Shown: one piece after another, positions 1-9,809 of the stretch
Numbering within the stretch: position 1 is the first letter of the stretch
How the letters are laid out: each line of letters opens with the position of its first letter
IMG/VR virus record: IMGVR_UViG_3300027847_001705
Source of the DNA: a virus
Strand: one strand, 5' to 3'
Length of the DNA: 64,000 nt
The notes under the pieces: model-generated
Told to the model about the DNA's origin: nothing
Databases searched by the model: none
The model's input: only the letters and a program-made list of their open reading frames with translations
Position numbers and translations under genes: made by a program

Positions 1-524
1 AGTTCCTTTAAGGGATTATTTAAAAGCCAATTATATTGTTTTGAATTAGAAGTTTTGGGAATTTCAATTCGCCCTCTAAATTTACCAGATGTAGACTCTT
101 CAACTTCATGAAGTAAACCTTCTTTGCTAAAGAATTCATAATCTAACATTAATCTATGACTCGTTTGGGGATCACACATTCTACATGCCAGATTGCATTT
201 ATTAGAAAAAATGAAATCAACTACATCTAATTTTCCTCTGGGAATAGTATCATCATTATGGATTCTGAAAGATTCTATACCTCTTTCTTCCATATCCCAA
301 CAAGTTTTACAAAATGGATGTTTTTTATTATTAGATAAAGCTTCACGTAATTCTTTAAATTGTTTTGAATTAAAAGCTTCTTCGGGGGTAAGATCTGTCT
401 CTTCCCATTCCATTGGATCTTCCCAATCAGGGCGCGACATATTACAACAAGGATGAAACCATTTAATTTTGTCTCCATCCCAATCTCTAATTGTAATTTG
501 TTTAAAGGGATAACTACATAACAT
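1..524 (-). CDS. Radical SAM protein, N-terminal part (truncated by window edge; absent from ORF track)
   Basis: Manual translation from ATG at 524: MLCSYPFKQ...HPCC...CKTCWDMEERGIESFR...SNKCNLACRMCDP, containing the CxxxCxxC radical SAM motif; paralogous to 61225..62604. Confidence 0.85.
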   Translation of the reverse strand, partial: MLCSYPFKQITIRDWDGDKIKWFHPCCNMSRPDWEDPMEWEETDLTPEEAFNSKQFKELREALSNNKKHPFCKTCWDMEERGIESFRIHNDDTIPRGKLDVVDFIFSNKCNLACRMCDPQTSHRLMLDYEFFSKEGLLHEVEESTSGKFRGRIEIPKTSNSKQYNWLLNNPLKE

Positions 525-1318
525 TATTCTACATTAAAATCATCACTCGCGAAGCCGGCTTCCCAACCAAACTTTTTAATTTCAGTAGGATCAGCACAAG
601 TTTCTTCGCTCTCGCCAGTTACATTTTTAAAATCAATTGAATCGATATCAAAATCTTTCGGTGCATGTTCTTTAGCAAAATCATAAACAGATTTTGGTGT
701 TCCATATCCGATATCAAAAACTTTAGGAAAAAATTTCCATACGGAAGTTTCTGTCATAAGTAAATATATAGCTTTTACACAATCTTTTACATATAACCAA
801 TCTCTCGTGTGAGTTGTTAAATAATTAATATTTCCTTCTTGTAATTGTCTATAAAACATATCAGGCCGCGATCGCGGTCCCCATACTGTAAAGAATCTCA
901 TTCCTATAGCATTAGTTGGCGCCATAACTTCACAGGCACCTTTTGTCATTGCGTAAGGACTTTTCATATCCGAAACAGAAGAACTCGATGCATATAAGAT
1001 TTTAGAATTTTTATAAGTATCAAAGATACGTTTTGTTCCCTTAATATTTACTTTATAATATTCTTTTAAATATTTTGGATCCCAACTATTACGAACACCG
1101 GCTTTCGCGGCTAAATGAACCACAACATCAGCATCAACATGGGGTAAGGGGTCTGTAGTGATGTCACAATCAGAGTGAGGAACTTCGCGATCTTCCCAAC
1201 CTAATCCCGAACAATTATCAATACCGTAAACATCATGGCCCTCTTCAGATAAAAAATTATATAAATGATGGCCAATAAATCCTTTGACTCCGGTTATTAA
1301 TATTTTCATTATAACCAT
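524..1318 (-). CDS. NAD-dependent epimerase/dehydratase (extended SDR)
   Basis: GVKGFIG Rossmann motif, HLAA, YASSSSV, catalytic YxxxK (YAMTK), RFFTVWGP. Confidence 0.9.
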   Translation of the reverse strand: MVIMKILITGVKGFIGHHLYNFLSEEGHDVYGIDNCSGLGWEDREVPHSDCDITTDPLPHVDADVVVHLAAKAGVRNSWDPKYLKEYYKVNIKGTKRIFDTYKNSKILYASSSSVSDMKSPYAMTKGACEVMAPTNAIGMRFFTVWGPRSRPDMFYRQLQEGNINYLTTHTRDWLYVKDCVKAIYLLMTETSVWKFFPKVFDIGYGTPKSVYDFAKEHAPKDFDIDSIDFKNVTGESEETCADPTEIKKFGWEAGFASDDFNVE

Positions 1319-1953
1319 TCCTTTAATGTTGTTTCAAGTAATCTCCAATAATCAAAAGATTTCTCTTCAAAAATTTGAGGTTCTTCATTCTCAACTGCTA
1401 TTACTATAACAATATTATTTATTGGGATTTTAGTTCTTTCTTCAAACATTATTGAATAAGCTGTTGCCTGAAGGAAATATTCTTCAACCCATTCTCTTTT
1501 TTTATATTTTCCTGAAGTCTTCCAATCTAAAATTGCTTTTTGGCCTTTCCAATCGGCAACACAATCGCAACGGCCAGCAACTCCCAATTGTTTACTCCAT
1601 AGTGGAATTTCAATGCCAGCAATATTATCAAGATTATTATCTAAGTGAGGTTTGATAGCATAGAACATCTCTTGAACATTTGGTTGAGAATCTTCAAAAT
1701 AATTTTCTTTATTTGAAATATAATTTTCTACAACTTTGTGTACTTTTGTTCCACGACGAGTGGCTTGAGTTGTTATTTTGTTGGCTTCTTCTTCGCCAAT
1801 TCTAGCTCTCCACTCTTTAAAGAATTGAGCTTTTTTTCTACCTAATACTGTTGTAATGGATGGAAAGGATCCGTCGGGAGTTTGATAAACTCTGGATCCA
1901 TTTGTGGTGGTGGCATTTAATTCTTCAAATTCAAGTTCTACATGATCAAACAT
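1309..1953 (-). CDS. PD-(D/E)xK exonuclease (Cas4/lambda-exo-like, common in T4-like phages)
   Basis: PSITTVL, RGTKVH, AGRCDCV, ILDWKTS, QATAY motifs. Confidence 0.85.
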   Translation of the reverse strand: MFDHVELEFEELNATTTNGSRVYQTPDGSFPSITTVLGRKKAQFFKEWRARIGEEEANKITTQATRRGTKVHKVVENYISNKENYFEDSQPNVQEMFYAIKPHLDNNLDNIAGIEIPLWSKQLGVAGRCDCVADWKGQKAILDWKTSGKYKKREWVEEYFLQATAYSIMFEERTKIPINNIVIVIAVENEEPQIFEEKSFDYWRLLETTLKEWL

Positions 1954-2209
1954 TCATCTTACTTCCCGGATAATTCCTTTTCATTTGTTTCAGGTGATCT
2001 GTAAAAGCTTCATCGGGTTTTTTTCGATGGCCCTTAGCAGTTGTACCTGAAATATTATCATAAACAAACATCGGGCATGCGACTTTCATTTTTATCTTCC
2101 CATTGCATTCAGGACATTGGCTTTCCAAAGGCTCATTCCTTCTTGCAATAGGAAAAATATCTTCAAATTCAAAATCACATTCCTCACATTCATAATCATA
2201 TGTTGGCAT
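1946..2209 (-). CDS. FmdB-family zinc-ribbon protein
   Basis: MPTYDYECEEC...CPEC N-terminus. Confidence 0.8.
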   Translation of the reverse strand: MPTYDYECEECDFEFEDIFPIARRNEPLESQCPECNGKIKMKVACPMFVYDNISGTTAKGHRKKPDEAFTDHLKQMKRNYPGSKMNV

Positions 2210-2212
2210 AAT

Positions 2213-2833
2213 CTACCTATAAAATATATGCGTATCTATTTGCACTGTTTTTTTCTTAAGGAGCGCCCATCTAGGGCTGTCAATATAATCAGCATGGTAA
2301 TGTGTTGCTCCATCTGTTATATCTCTTAAATCATTAGCATTTTTATAATAGTAATTTGCTAAATCTTGAACCTTCTGCCAAGTTGGCCCTGGATATGGAC
2401 TATCATATCTTCCGTCACAATACCAACTGAATTGGCATCGATCTCGTTTAGGAAAACCATTTGCATGATGTATTCCTTCATAAATTACATTACAATAAGA
2501 ATTAGGAAAATACCTACTACTTACTCTATTATGAGTCACATGAGCAACTGCTAATTTTCCCGCTGTACTTTCAACAGCAGCTTCAAAATATATATTTAAA
2601 GCTAGACAAGATATTTCATCTTGATCTACGGATATTAGTGTAGTCGGATCTATTGTTTGAGATCGTGGACCCATGGGTATTAATTTTTTCTTTTCTGGTC
2701 CATGGAATATTACATGCGCATCGCGAGGTAAATTTATTTTCGCTGCTAGAGCATCTGATTCCTGGATAATTATTTTTACTGGGTAAGTAATTACTACTAC
2801 TACCGCCATAACAAAAACTATAAAAAATTTCAT
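2213..2833 (-). CDS. SleB-like cell wall hydrolase with N-terminal signal/anchor
   Basis: CLALNIYFEA, VAHVTHNRV, CQFSWYC, GATHYHA, HIFY motifs. Confidence 0.9.
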   Translation of the reverse strand: MKFFIVFVMAVVVVITYPVKIIIQESDALAAKINLPRDAHVIFHGPEKKKLIPMGPRSQTIDPTTLISVDQDEISCLALNIYFEAAVESTAGKLAVAHVTHNRVSSRYFPNSYCNVIYEGIHHANGFPKRDRCQFSWYCDGRYDSPYPGPTWQKVQDLANYYYKNANDLRDITDGATHYHADYIDSPRWALLKKKTVQIDTHIFYR

Positions 2834-2888
2834 ATAATCCTTGATTAGAAGTTAGAAAATCACACTTCCATAATTATTATAATAAATT

Positions 2889-3344
2889 TTATGTATTGCT
2901 GGTTTGCATAGGTGGTATAAGATGGGGAAAAGTCTCACTTACGAGCTTATAAGTTAAACCGCGAATACCGAGATCTTTCTTCTTCATGTTTACAAGATAC
3001 TCAGCTTCTTTTGGTGTTAAACTCTCTAACATTGTTATGTACATTGTCTCTCTTCTAGCTGGTTCGATGGTATTTCCTGTGCAAAAAGTTACACCCCCCG
3101 GACCTTCAACAAAATATCTTAATTTGCGAATTTGTCCGTAAAGCAGTGTTGAACCCGGATCTTCTGCACCGGCGTTAAAAGGAGGTTTTCCCTCAGGTAA
3201 CAAAAACTTTACATCTGGATGAAATGTATACCACAATAAGTTTTCCAAATGGTCAGTGTGATTTTGTTTGAGTAAATCCCCTCTTTCTTTTTGACTCTTT
3301 GCTTTGTCTACCAATTCCAATAATTGCATTAATGATAAAGCCAT
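2889..3344 (-). CDS. Conserved T4-like hypothetical protein
   Basis: Intact 151-aa ORF (FLLPEGKPPF, LESLTPKEA) next to rnh; family resemblance recalled, not searched. Confidence 0.6.
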   Translation of the reverse strand: MALSLMQLLELVDKAKSQKERGDLLKQNHTDHLENLLWYTFHPDVKFLLPEGKPPFNAGAEDPGSTLLYGQIRKLRYFVEGPGGVTFCTGNTIEPARRETMYITMLESLTPKEAEYLVNMKKKDLGIRGLTYKLVSETFPHLIPPMQTSNT

Positions 3345-3346
3345 AA

Positions 3347-4204
3347 TTAAAACTCCTGTATCGATTCAGTCATATCTTTAAGTCGATGCTTAATAAAATA
3401 ATTGAGCATTCTATCGCGACCCAAATATTGGTCACTTTCATACTTTGTTCTTATATTTATCTCGATTTTATCTGGGATACAACCGAGATCTATTAAAGTC
3501 TCATTGCGTTTAAAGTTTCTTAAAATTTCTCCTTCAAAAGCCTTTTCCGGTACTATATTTAGCCAATCCAGGATCCTCTTCTTCGACATTGGCTTTTGTC
3601 TTAGTCCTTCTACCAAACATGCGTCATTTGAAAGAATATTAGGTATACCGTCGCTTCTATCTCCATTTACTATTAAAGCGCGCAATTGTCCAGCCGGATC
3701 ATCTTCTTTAATAAATTTTTTAGTTCGAGGCGACCATTGAAAAACATTAGGATATTTTTGCAATTGGATAAAATCTTTATCAGAAGAAACTATCAATATA
3801 TTATAATCTCTATGGGAATATTCCTTACAAATAACCCCGATAATATCATCTGCTTCACATCCTTCTAAATTAACTACCCTGTAAGGCATATTTTCTGCTA
3901 TCTCTTCTCGAATATTATCGAGTATTTTAAATAACGCTTGCCAATCTACACCTTGTTTATTTTCTTCTCTTGCTTTCTTTCTATTAGCCTTATAAAATGG
4001 ATAAATTTCTTTGCGCCAATTTTTTCTGCTATCACAACAAAAAACAATATCTTTTCCGAACTTGGTACCAAATTTATTCTTGATCATTTTAATATTATGG
4101 AGAACCATATGCCTCATCGTGGCATCCTCTTTACCTGGTTCAAATTGTTTACGGAATGCCATAAAATTAGCAATTATCATCTGGTTATAATCAATTAGTA
4201 TCAT
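3347..4204 (-). CDS. rnh: T4-type RNase H / 5'-3' exonuclease
   Basis: ILIDYNQ, YKANRK, EADDII, SSDKDFIQL, GDRSDGIPN motifs. Confidence 0.93.
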   Translation of the reverse strand: MILIDYNQMIIANFMAFRKQFEPGKEDATMRHMVLHNIKMIKNKFGTKFGKDIVFCCDSRKNWRKEIYPFYKANRKKAREENKQGVDWQALFKILDNIREEIAENMPYRVVNLEGCEADDIIGVICKEYSHRDYNILIVSSDKDFIQLQKYPNVFQWSPRTKKFIKEDDPAGQLRALIVNGDRSDGIPNILSNDACLVEGLRQKPMSKKRILDWLNIVPEKAFEGEILRNFKRNETLIDLGCIPDKIEINIRTKYESDQYLGRDRMLNYFIKHRLKDMTESIQEF

Positions 4205-4205
4205 A

Positions 4206-4973
4206 TTATTTTTTTAGTTTTTTAATTTTAATCTTCTTTCCCAGTTTTACTTTCTTTTCTTTTTTTGTTGTGATTATTATTTCACATTCTTCTATCATCA
4301 TATCATAAAATTTAATTAATCTATTTTGTAAGGGTTTATTTAAATGACTGTAGGCTTCTGCAAAATCTACATCACCATCTTTGGCTAATTTTATTTCACT
4401 AGCCATTTCTACAATTTCAGATTTTAAATGTTTAGCTACAGGTCTTGAAATCTTATTATGTGTAATAAATTGTTTAAAATTATATTTCTTTTTAAAATTT
4501 TCTTCAAGTTGTTCGTCAACAATATCCTCTATATCATATTTTAATTTTTTTGCAGCTTCTCGAATTCTTTTCTGAATATCTGGTTTTACTTTATCTTTTG
4601 TTTCTACTGCTACCTTACGATGTTCGGCAATCTCTTCTATCTTTTTTAATTTTTGAATAAAAAGATCTTCATATTCTTCTGGTAAACTCTTTAATCCTCT
4701 TAATTTCATTCGCGCAATATAACCAACATGATTTCCAACCTCGATTAAATCTGTGATTTTAAGTTTCCCTGGAGATTTACTTTTTACTTTATTTTTTTTA
4801 TAATATTCTTGAACAAACTCCATACTCTCTTTAAAATCAAAAAATTTATAATACCATCTAAAGGCTTCATGAATTTCAGATTTTAATTTATCGAGAGGCA
4901 AACTATCCCAATCAATAGGATCCGGTTCGTCGCCCATATATTTTGCGTTAATACTTCTTTTCGAAAAAGCCAT
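4206..4973 (-). CDS. Hypothetical protein
   Basis: Intact 255-aa ORF in operon, basic C-terminal tail. Confidence 0.55.
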   Translation of the reverse strand: MAFSKRSINAKYMGDEPDPIDWDSLPLDKLKSEIHEAFRWYYKFFDFKESMEFVQEYYKKNKVKSKSPGKLKITDLIEVGNHVGYIARMKLRGLKSLPEEYEDLFIQKLKKIEEIAEHRKVAVETKDKVKPDIQKRIREAAKKLKYDIEDIVDEQLEENFKKKYNFKQFITHNKISRPVAKHLKSEIVEMASEIKLAKDGDVDFAEAYSHLNKPLQNRLIKFYDMMIEECEIIITTKKEKKVKLGKKIKIKKLKK

Positions 4974-5663
4974 TTAGCTACCTTCGTACTCTCCAAGTGA
5001 TACTTTATGTAATTCTTTTATCTCGCACATAATATAATGCAAGATAATAGACATGATGCCTTCACATTTTTCCATATGATTTAAATTAATATGTATATAA
5101 TTTAAGAGTTTGTCTTTCAAAATTCCCCCACCATATCCTAAAATACCGAAAGTTTCCATTCCGTTTGAATTGGCCCAGTCAACGGCTTCTATAAGATTTT
5201 TACTATTACCACTACCACTAAGAACTAATAACCCATCGCCTCTATTAGCATAAGTTACAAGTTGATGCTTAAATATATTATCATAAGAATCGTCGTTAGA
5301 TGTAGCAGTAATGAAGCCGATATCATTGCAAAGAGATATAGCTTTGATTCTAGGTCTTGAAAGTCCATTTTCAATTGTCCCTTTAGTTAGATCTTGTGCG
5401 AAATGATTGGAATTACATGCACTTCCTCCATTTCCACATATAAAAAATTGTTTTTCGTTTATATATATGTTCCGAATAGCTTTTAATAACTCATCGAGTT
5501 GACCTTCTGAAACTAAATGCAGAGAACTACTTATAGAATTAACATGTGATCTCCATCCGGATCGTTCCTTTAATAATTCTATTTCTGAATTTACTTTAAT
5601 ATCTGGCATATTATTTGATGAAATATTATCTGCCCATTTTACATGTATATTTTTATTTTTCAT
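4974..5663 (-). CDS. gmhA: Phosphoheptose isomerase (SIS domain)
   Basis: CGNGGSACNSNHF, TATSND, LSGSGNSKN motifs. Confidence 0.88.
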   Translation of the reverse strand: MKNKNIHVKWADNISSNNMPDIKVNSEIELLKERSGWRSHVNSISSSLHLVSEGQLDELLKAIRNIYINEKQFFICGNGGSACNSNHFAQDLTKGTIENGLSRPRIKAISLCNDIGFITATSNDDSYDNIFKHQLVTYANRGDGLLVLSGSGNSKNLIEAVDWANSNGMETFGILGYGGGILKDKLLNYIHINLNHMEKCEGIMSIILHYIMCEIKELHKVSLGEYEGS

Positions 5664-6615
5664 TATAAAACACTATTCTTGTTCCCTGATTATCGAATCC
5701 AACATCAAATGTATCTAAAGTTCTATTTTTCATATGTATCTCTTTAGCATGATCTGTCATGAAAAGTATATAGCCACCTCCGCCAGCTCCACATATTTTA
5801 GATCCTGTTACCCAAGAAGCAGAATTTTGCATAATGGCTTTAATTGCATCATTAGTAATTCCTTTGGCCAGAGTGTTTTTAATTTGCATGGATTCATTCA
5901 TGAGTATTCCAAAATCATCGTACTGTCTGAGATCATAATAATCTAAAGCTTCGGTACAAATGTCATATATTTTATTATATTTTTTTATATTTTTTTCAAT
6001 AGAATTTATCTGAGAAATAAGAATTGAAGATGATTGTCTATGCTGGCCAGTATTAACCAGAACAAACTTTCTTTCAAACTCTGCATCATATTGTAATTTT
6101 TTAATTTTTACACTGCCATCTTTAAAAAACCGAAAATGGTTAAAACCGCCGTAACTAACCGCAAATTGATCTTGCTTCCCAATCGGCTTATCTAAGATTT
6201 CAAGCTCAATATGACATGCTAGATGCGCTATATCGGCCTGATTCATTGGAGCCCCGATCCAAGTACTTATAGCATTTATTAGCCCGACCAGAATACTTGA
6301 AGAAGAAGCTAAGCCAGATCCCTCAGAAGGAATATCTGCTAATGTTGTAATTTCGAGACCGGATTTTACATCAAAATATCTAAGAACCTCTCGAATATAT
6401 TCATGTTCAATTTCATCAACATTATCGACAGTTTCTTTTTTAGTATAATTACAAACAAATTGGTCTCGATATAATCTATTTAATATAACATAGGTAGATT
6501 TATCGATAGCAGCATTTATGACTTGACCGCCATCAGGTGCCGTAATATAATATTCTGGAATATCGGTTCCGCCCCCGAAAAAACTAATCCGTAAGGGTGT
6601 TTGACAAACTAACAA
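5653..6615 (-). CDS. hddA: GHMP kinase, D-glycero-D-manno-heptose-7-phosphate kinase type
   Basis: TPLRISFFGGGTD, PSEGSGLASSS, GKQDQF, KICGAGGGGY; adjacent to gmhA. Confidence 0.85.
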   Translation of the reverse strand: MLVCQTPLRISFFGGGTDIPEYYITAPDGGQVINAAIDKSTYVILNRLYRDQFVCNYTKKETVDNVDEIEHEYIREVLRYFDVKSGLEITTLADIPSEGSGLASSSSILVGLINAISTWIGAPMNQADIAHLACHIELEILDKPIGKQDQFAVSYGGFNHFRFFKDGSVKIKKLQYDAEFERKFVLVNTGQHRQSSSILISQINSIEKNIKKYNKIYDICTEALDYYDLRQYDDFGILMNESMQIKNTLAKGITNDAIKAIMQNSASWVTGSKICGAGGGGYILFMTDHAKEIHMKNRTLDTFDVGFDNQGTRIVFYNEK

Positions 6616-7003
6616 TTCTCTTCTTCAGTTCAGTTGATGAATAATGATGAAATCTTTTACAATAATAGAGTTCAATATTTTTTAAGATACATGTATTATA
6701 CCCCGTTATGAATTTATTGTCACGGGAATAATCTTCACCTAAAAATCTAATATTAATTTCTATTGTTTTTAATATATTTTTAAGATCTTTTTCTGATTCA
6801 TAAGGAATAATTTCATCAACATATTTACATCCTTTTAATTGTATGAATCGTTCAAAGACTGACTGTACTAAATCTTTTTTGTGAGCGGGACTAGTGTGAA
6901 GACCAACGATTAAATAATCACAATTTTTCCTCGCTTCTTCTAACATTACAATATGCCCTGCATGTAATAAATCAAAAGCGGATGCTGCAAATCCTTTTTT
7001 CAT
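6584..7003 (-). CDS. Cytidylyltransferase-like nucleotidyltransferase (TagD/RfaE2 family)
   Basis: FDLLHAGH (HxGH), GEDY, YSSTELK motifs. Confidence 0.88.
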   Translation of the reverse strand: MKKGFAASAFDLLHAGHIVMLEEARKNCDYLIVGLHTSPAHKKDLVQSVFERFIQLKGCKYVDEIIPYESEKDLKNILKTIEINIRFLGEDYSRDNKFITGYNTCILKNIELYYCKRFHHYSSTELKKRIVSLSNTLTD

Positions 7004-8019
7004 AAGACCGTTGATATTCTTTCGGCATCTGATTGTTCTTCGAGTTCATCTTCAATATCCATTAATTCAAACATCTCTATCCATTTAGGAGCTCTATAAT
7101 CCCAACTATAATATTTGTCAGCATGTTTTTTGGCCCGGTCTATAATATCTTGTGTTTCATCATCCCAATATGTATCTAATAATTTATCTATTTCATCAGC
7201 AAATCTATAACAATGTTCTATTTCATCTTTAATATAAGGATACATAAATGCATGATCAGAACAAGTCTCTGGTAACGCTCCTAAACTATTTGTAAGCATT
7301 AATGTTCTGGAAGACATTGCTTCCATAGCAGTTCTACAAGAAGTTTCTTCCCATATACATGGATAAGCCCAAATATGCATATCTTTCCATTCTTCTCTTA
7401 AAGGCCTTCCTTTAACAATTTTATGTAAGGTCATATTAGGATTTTTTTCAATATGATCAAATAATTCTCCGTATGGTTGATCGTTTTCTTTCCACCCATA
7501 AATTTGAAAACTTGAATATACATGTAAATGCCAATCATCTCTTTCGAGTTCATGTAAAGCATTACATAATACATGTAAACCTCTTTGAGGTGTAGAAGCA
7601 TAAATTAAATTTATTTTACCTTCTCTAGGTTTTTCATAATGTTCAAATGGAAATATTGCTGTTTTTTGAACTTCACAACGATCCATTGGTAAATCATATT
7701 TTTCTAGAAAAGTATGCATTTGCCAATAACTCGAAAAGATTAATTTCTCAAATTCTTTTGCACCATCTTTATTTTTTAAAAAATCATGTCCGCCACTTCC
7801 ATCTTTTGCTAAATCATGAAACCACCAAATTCTGGGCAAAATAGTTTGAATATTTTCTGGATATAATCTTGATATTATCCATTGATAATCTGTTTTATAT
7901 TTTTTAGGTAAATGCGACCATAATTCTAAGGTTGTTAATTCTGTTCCCCCAAAAGAATTCTTGGCCATATTATTTTCTTTTCTTTGAGGTATTGTTTTAT
8001 CTTTATAAATGTCTTTCAT
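7000..8019 (-). CDS. Glycosyltransferase, GT-B (GT4-like)
   Basis: YASTPQRGL, YPCIWEETSC...MEAM, GALPET motifs. Confidence 0.85.
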   Translation of the reverse strand: MKDIYKDKTIPQRKENNMAKNSFGGTELTTLELWSHLPKKYKTDYQWIISRLYPENIQTILPRIWWFHDLAKDGSGGHDFLKNKDGAKEFEKLIFSSYWQMHTFLEKYDLPMDRCEVQKTAIFPFEHYEKPREGKINLIYASTPQRGLHVLCNALHELERDDWHLHVYSSFQIYGWKENDQPYGELFDHIEKNPNMTLHKIVKGRPLREEWKDMHIWAYPCIWEETSCRTAMEAMSSRTLMLTNSLGALPETCSDHAFMYPYIKDEIEHCYRFADEIDKLLDTYWDDETQDIIDRAKKHADKYYSWDYRAPKWIEMFELMDIEDELEEQSDAERISTVL

Positions 8020-8879
8020 ACGTTGATCTTGAATGTTCTAGGACTGTTTGAAATATGATCTATTAATTCTTTGTGAAAATTTATATTTGCTTCTCTACAT
8101 TCTTCTAAAGAACTTTTATATTGTCTTTGTTCTTTATCTTGAATAGTTTTCCACCAATCAGTTGTCGGGCAATATAAAGGTTTATGTTTTAAACCGTAAA
8201 ATTTAGAACACCAAGGAAAAGCTACAACAACCTTTCCCAAAAGAGTTGCCCAATAAGCACCGTGATAAGAATTTGTAACAACAATATCTCCACTTGCGAT
8301 AAATTCTATTGTTTCTTCAAAATTGATTTCATTGTTTACTTTATGAGGATAATCCCAAGTTTCTGGAGGCATACCATGGACAACATTCATTGGAAGCGAA
8401 GCATGAGTAAAAAATACAATATCATATTTGGTTTCATATTCTTTATCAAAAGCTTCATGCATACAACTCGCACAGGGAACCCATCTTGCAGCTGGTATCG
8501 ATTGATATATATGTGGATGATGATCACGTATGCCCAATAAATCAAATGATCTTATATAACCCGGATACGTTATATTCATTGGCGGTATACATTGTACTTG
8601 TTCATCTAAACAAATATACATATGTTCGCCTAATCCCCATCCATATATTCTATAATTAGAATTTTTTTGATGTCTCAGAACGTGAGACATTGGTCTCATT
8701 TGACCTATGAGTCCTCCACCACCGTAAATGACGTTTTCATGGGGTGGTGCATAATCATATTCTAATTGAAAGATATCTTTTTGATTTCCCGGTAAATCAA
8801 AATACTTTGTGGGGGTACTGTACGAATCACCTATGTTAGTTTCATCTGTCCTAAATATATTGGTAAACTGTAATTCCAT
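8016..8879 (-). CDS. Polysaccharide pyruvyl-transferase-like protein
   Basis: NIGD, IYGGGGL, LGIRD, VVTNSYHGAYWATLLG motifs. Confidence 0.7.
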   Translation of the reverse strand: MELQFTNIFRTDETNIGDSYSTPTKYFDLPGNQKDIFQLEYDYAPPHENVIYGGGGLIGQMRPMSHVLRHQKNSNYRIYGWGLGEHMYICLDEQVQCIPPMNITYPGYIRSFDLLGIRDHHPHIYQSIPAARWVPCASCMHEAFDKEYETKYDIVFFTHASLPMNVVHGMPPETWDYPHKVNNEINFEETIEFIASGDIVVTNSYHGAYWATLLGKVVVAFPWCSKFYGLKHKPLYCPTTDWWKTIQDKEQRQYKSSLEECREANINFHKELIDHISNSPRTFKINV

Positions 8880-8893
8880 AGAAAGGTATATTC

Positions 8894-9280
8894 ATGCAAG
8901 ATTTAAATGATTTTGGTTTTAGTACTGTGAGTGAACAAGAATTTACTTCGGCTGCTAAAGAACCTGAAGAGAAAGTAGTTACTGCTGCGGTAGAAAAAGC
9001 CAAAGCTGGACAAATAAAAGAAGTTGAGGGAACTGTAAATAAAATTTGGAGTTTGCTGGACTATCATTATGAAGATATTGATAAGCATAAAGAAAAATTA
9101 AATAAAGAATTCAGTAGGTGTATGAAAGAAGTAGAAGATTTAATTGTACCTCTGCTAAATAATTTAGCAAAATCTTCCACTAATGAATACATATATTGGC
9201 CTGGTAGGCGGGAAATTTTAGAAACACAGATTGAGAAAATTACTGCACATACTCGAGATGTAAATATATTCACTGAGTAA
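8894..9280 (+). CDS. Conserved T4-like hypothetical protein
   Basis: DFGFS start and PLLNNL...EYIYWP motif; upstream AAGG; one of the few + strand genes. Confidence 0.65.
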   Translation: MQDLNDFGFSTVSEQEFTSAAKEPEEKVVTAAVEKAKAGQIKEVEGTVNKIWSLLDYHYEDIDKHKEKLNKEFSRCMKEVEDLIVPLLNNLAKSSTNEYIYWPGRREILETQIEKITAHTRDVNIFTE

Positions 9281-9809
9281 CTCCGTATTTACAAAGATAG
9301 TAAGAATCAACAATATCGGTTGCAGGGTTGCCATTTTCTTGAACTAATTCAAAATTATCCGGCTCTGCCTTCCATGATTCTAGCATAGCTTCTTTATTAG
9401 AATTTCCCTTACCTGTTGCGAACTTCTTAATAACAGTTGGAGGAACTGTTTCATAGCGGAAACCATTCTGTTTTAATTTTAATTTCAAAATACCAACATT
9501 TTCCGCGATGTTAAAAACTCTGCCGGTAGACCCATAAGAATAATCTTCTAGTATAACTTTCTCAACTCTACCATTATGCCAACGTAATGCTTCTATGGTC
9601 CAATCAGCTAAAAAAATATACTTATCTATTAATTTTAAATCTTTTGGTAACTTATAACAATTTACATTTTGAAGGGTGGCCCACCGAGGCCTCCACTTAT
9701 CCAAAGCAAAAAAACTAAAATTACAATCAATAGGATTAATTGTTCCATCTTTTTTAAATATACAAATACATGGGCTGGTTGTAGAATAATCTATTCCTGC
9801 GCAAATCAA
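9270..9809 (-). CDS. RuvC-like (RNase H fold) resolvase/nuclease
   Basis: GIDYS, ILEDYSY, PTVIKKFATGKGNSNK, DIVDS acidic motifs. Confidence 0.8.
   Translation of the reverse strand: MICAGIDYSTTSPCICIFKKDGTINPIDCNFSFFALDKWRPRWATLQNVNCYKLPKDLKLIDKYIFLADWTIEALRWHNGRVEKVILEDYSYGSTGRVFNIAENVGILKLKLKQNGFRYETVPPTVIKKFATGKGNSNKEAMLESWKAEPDNFELVQENGNPATDIVDSYYLCKYGVTQ

Noticed and set aside
1309-1953. Cas4-like nuclease as a sign of a CRISPR system
   Set aside because: No repeat-spacer array or other cas genes seen in the window; such exonucleases are routine in T4-like phages
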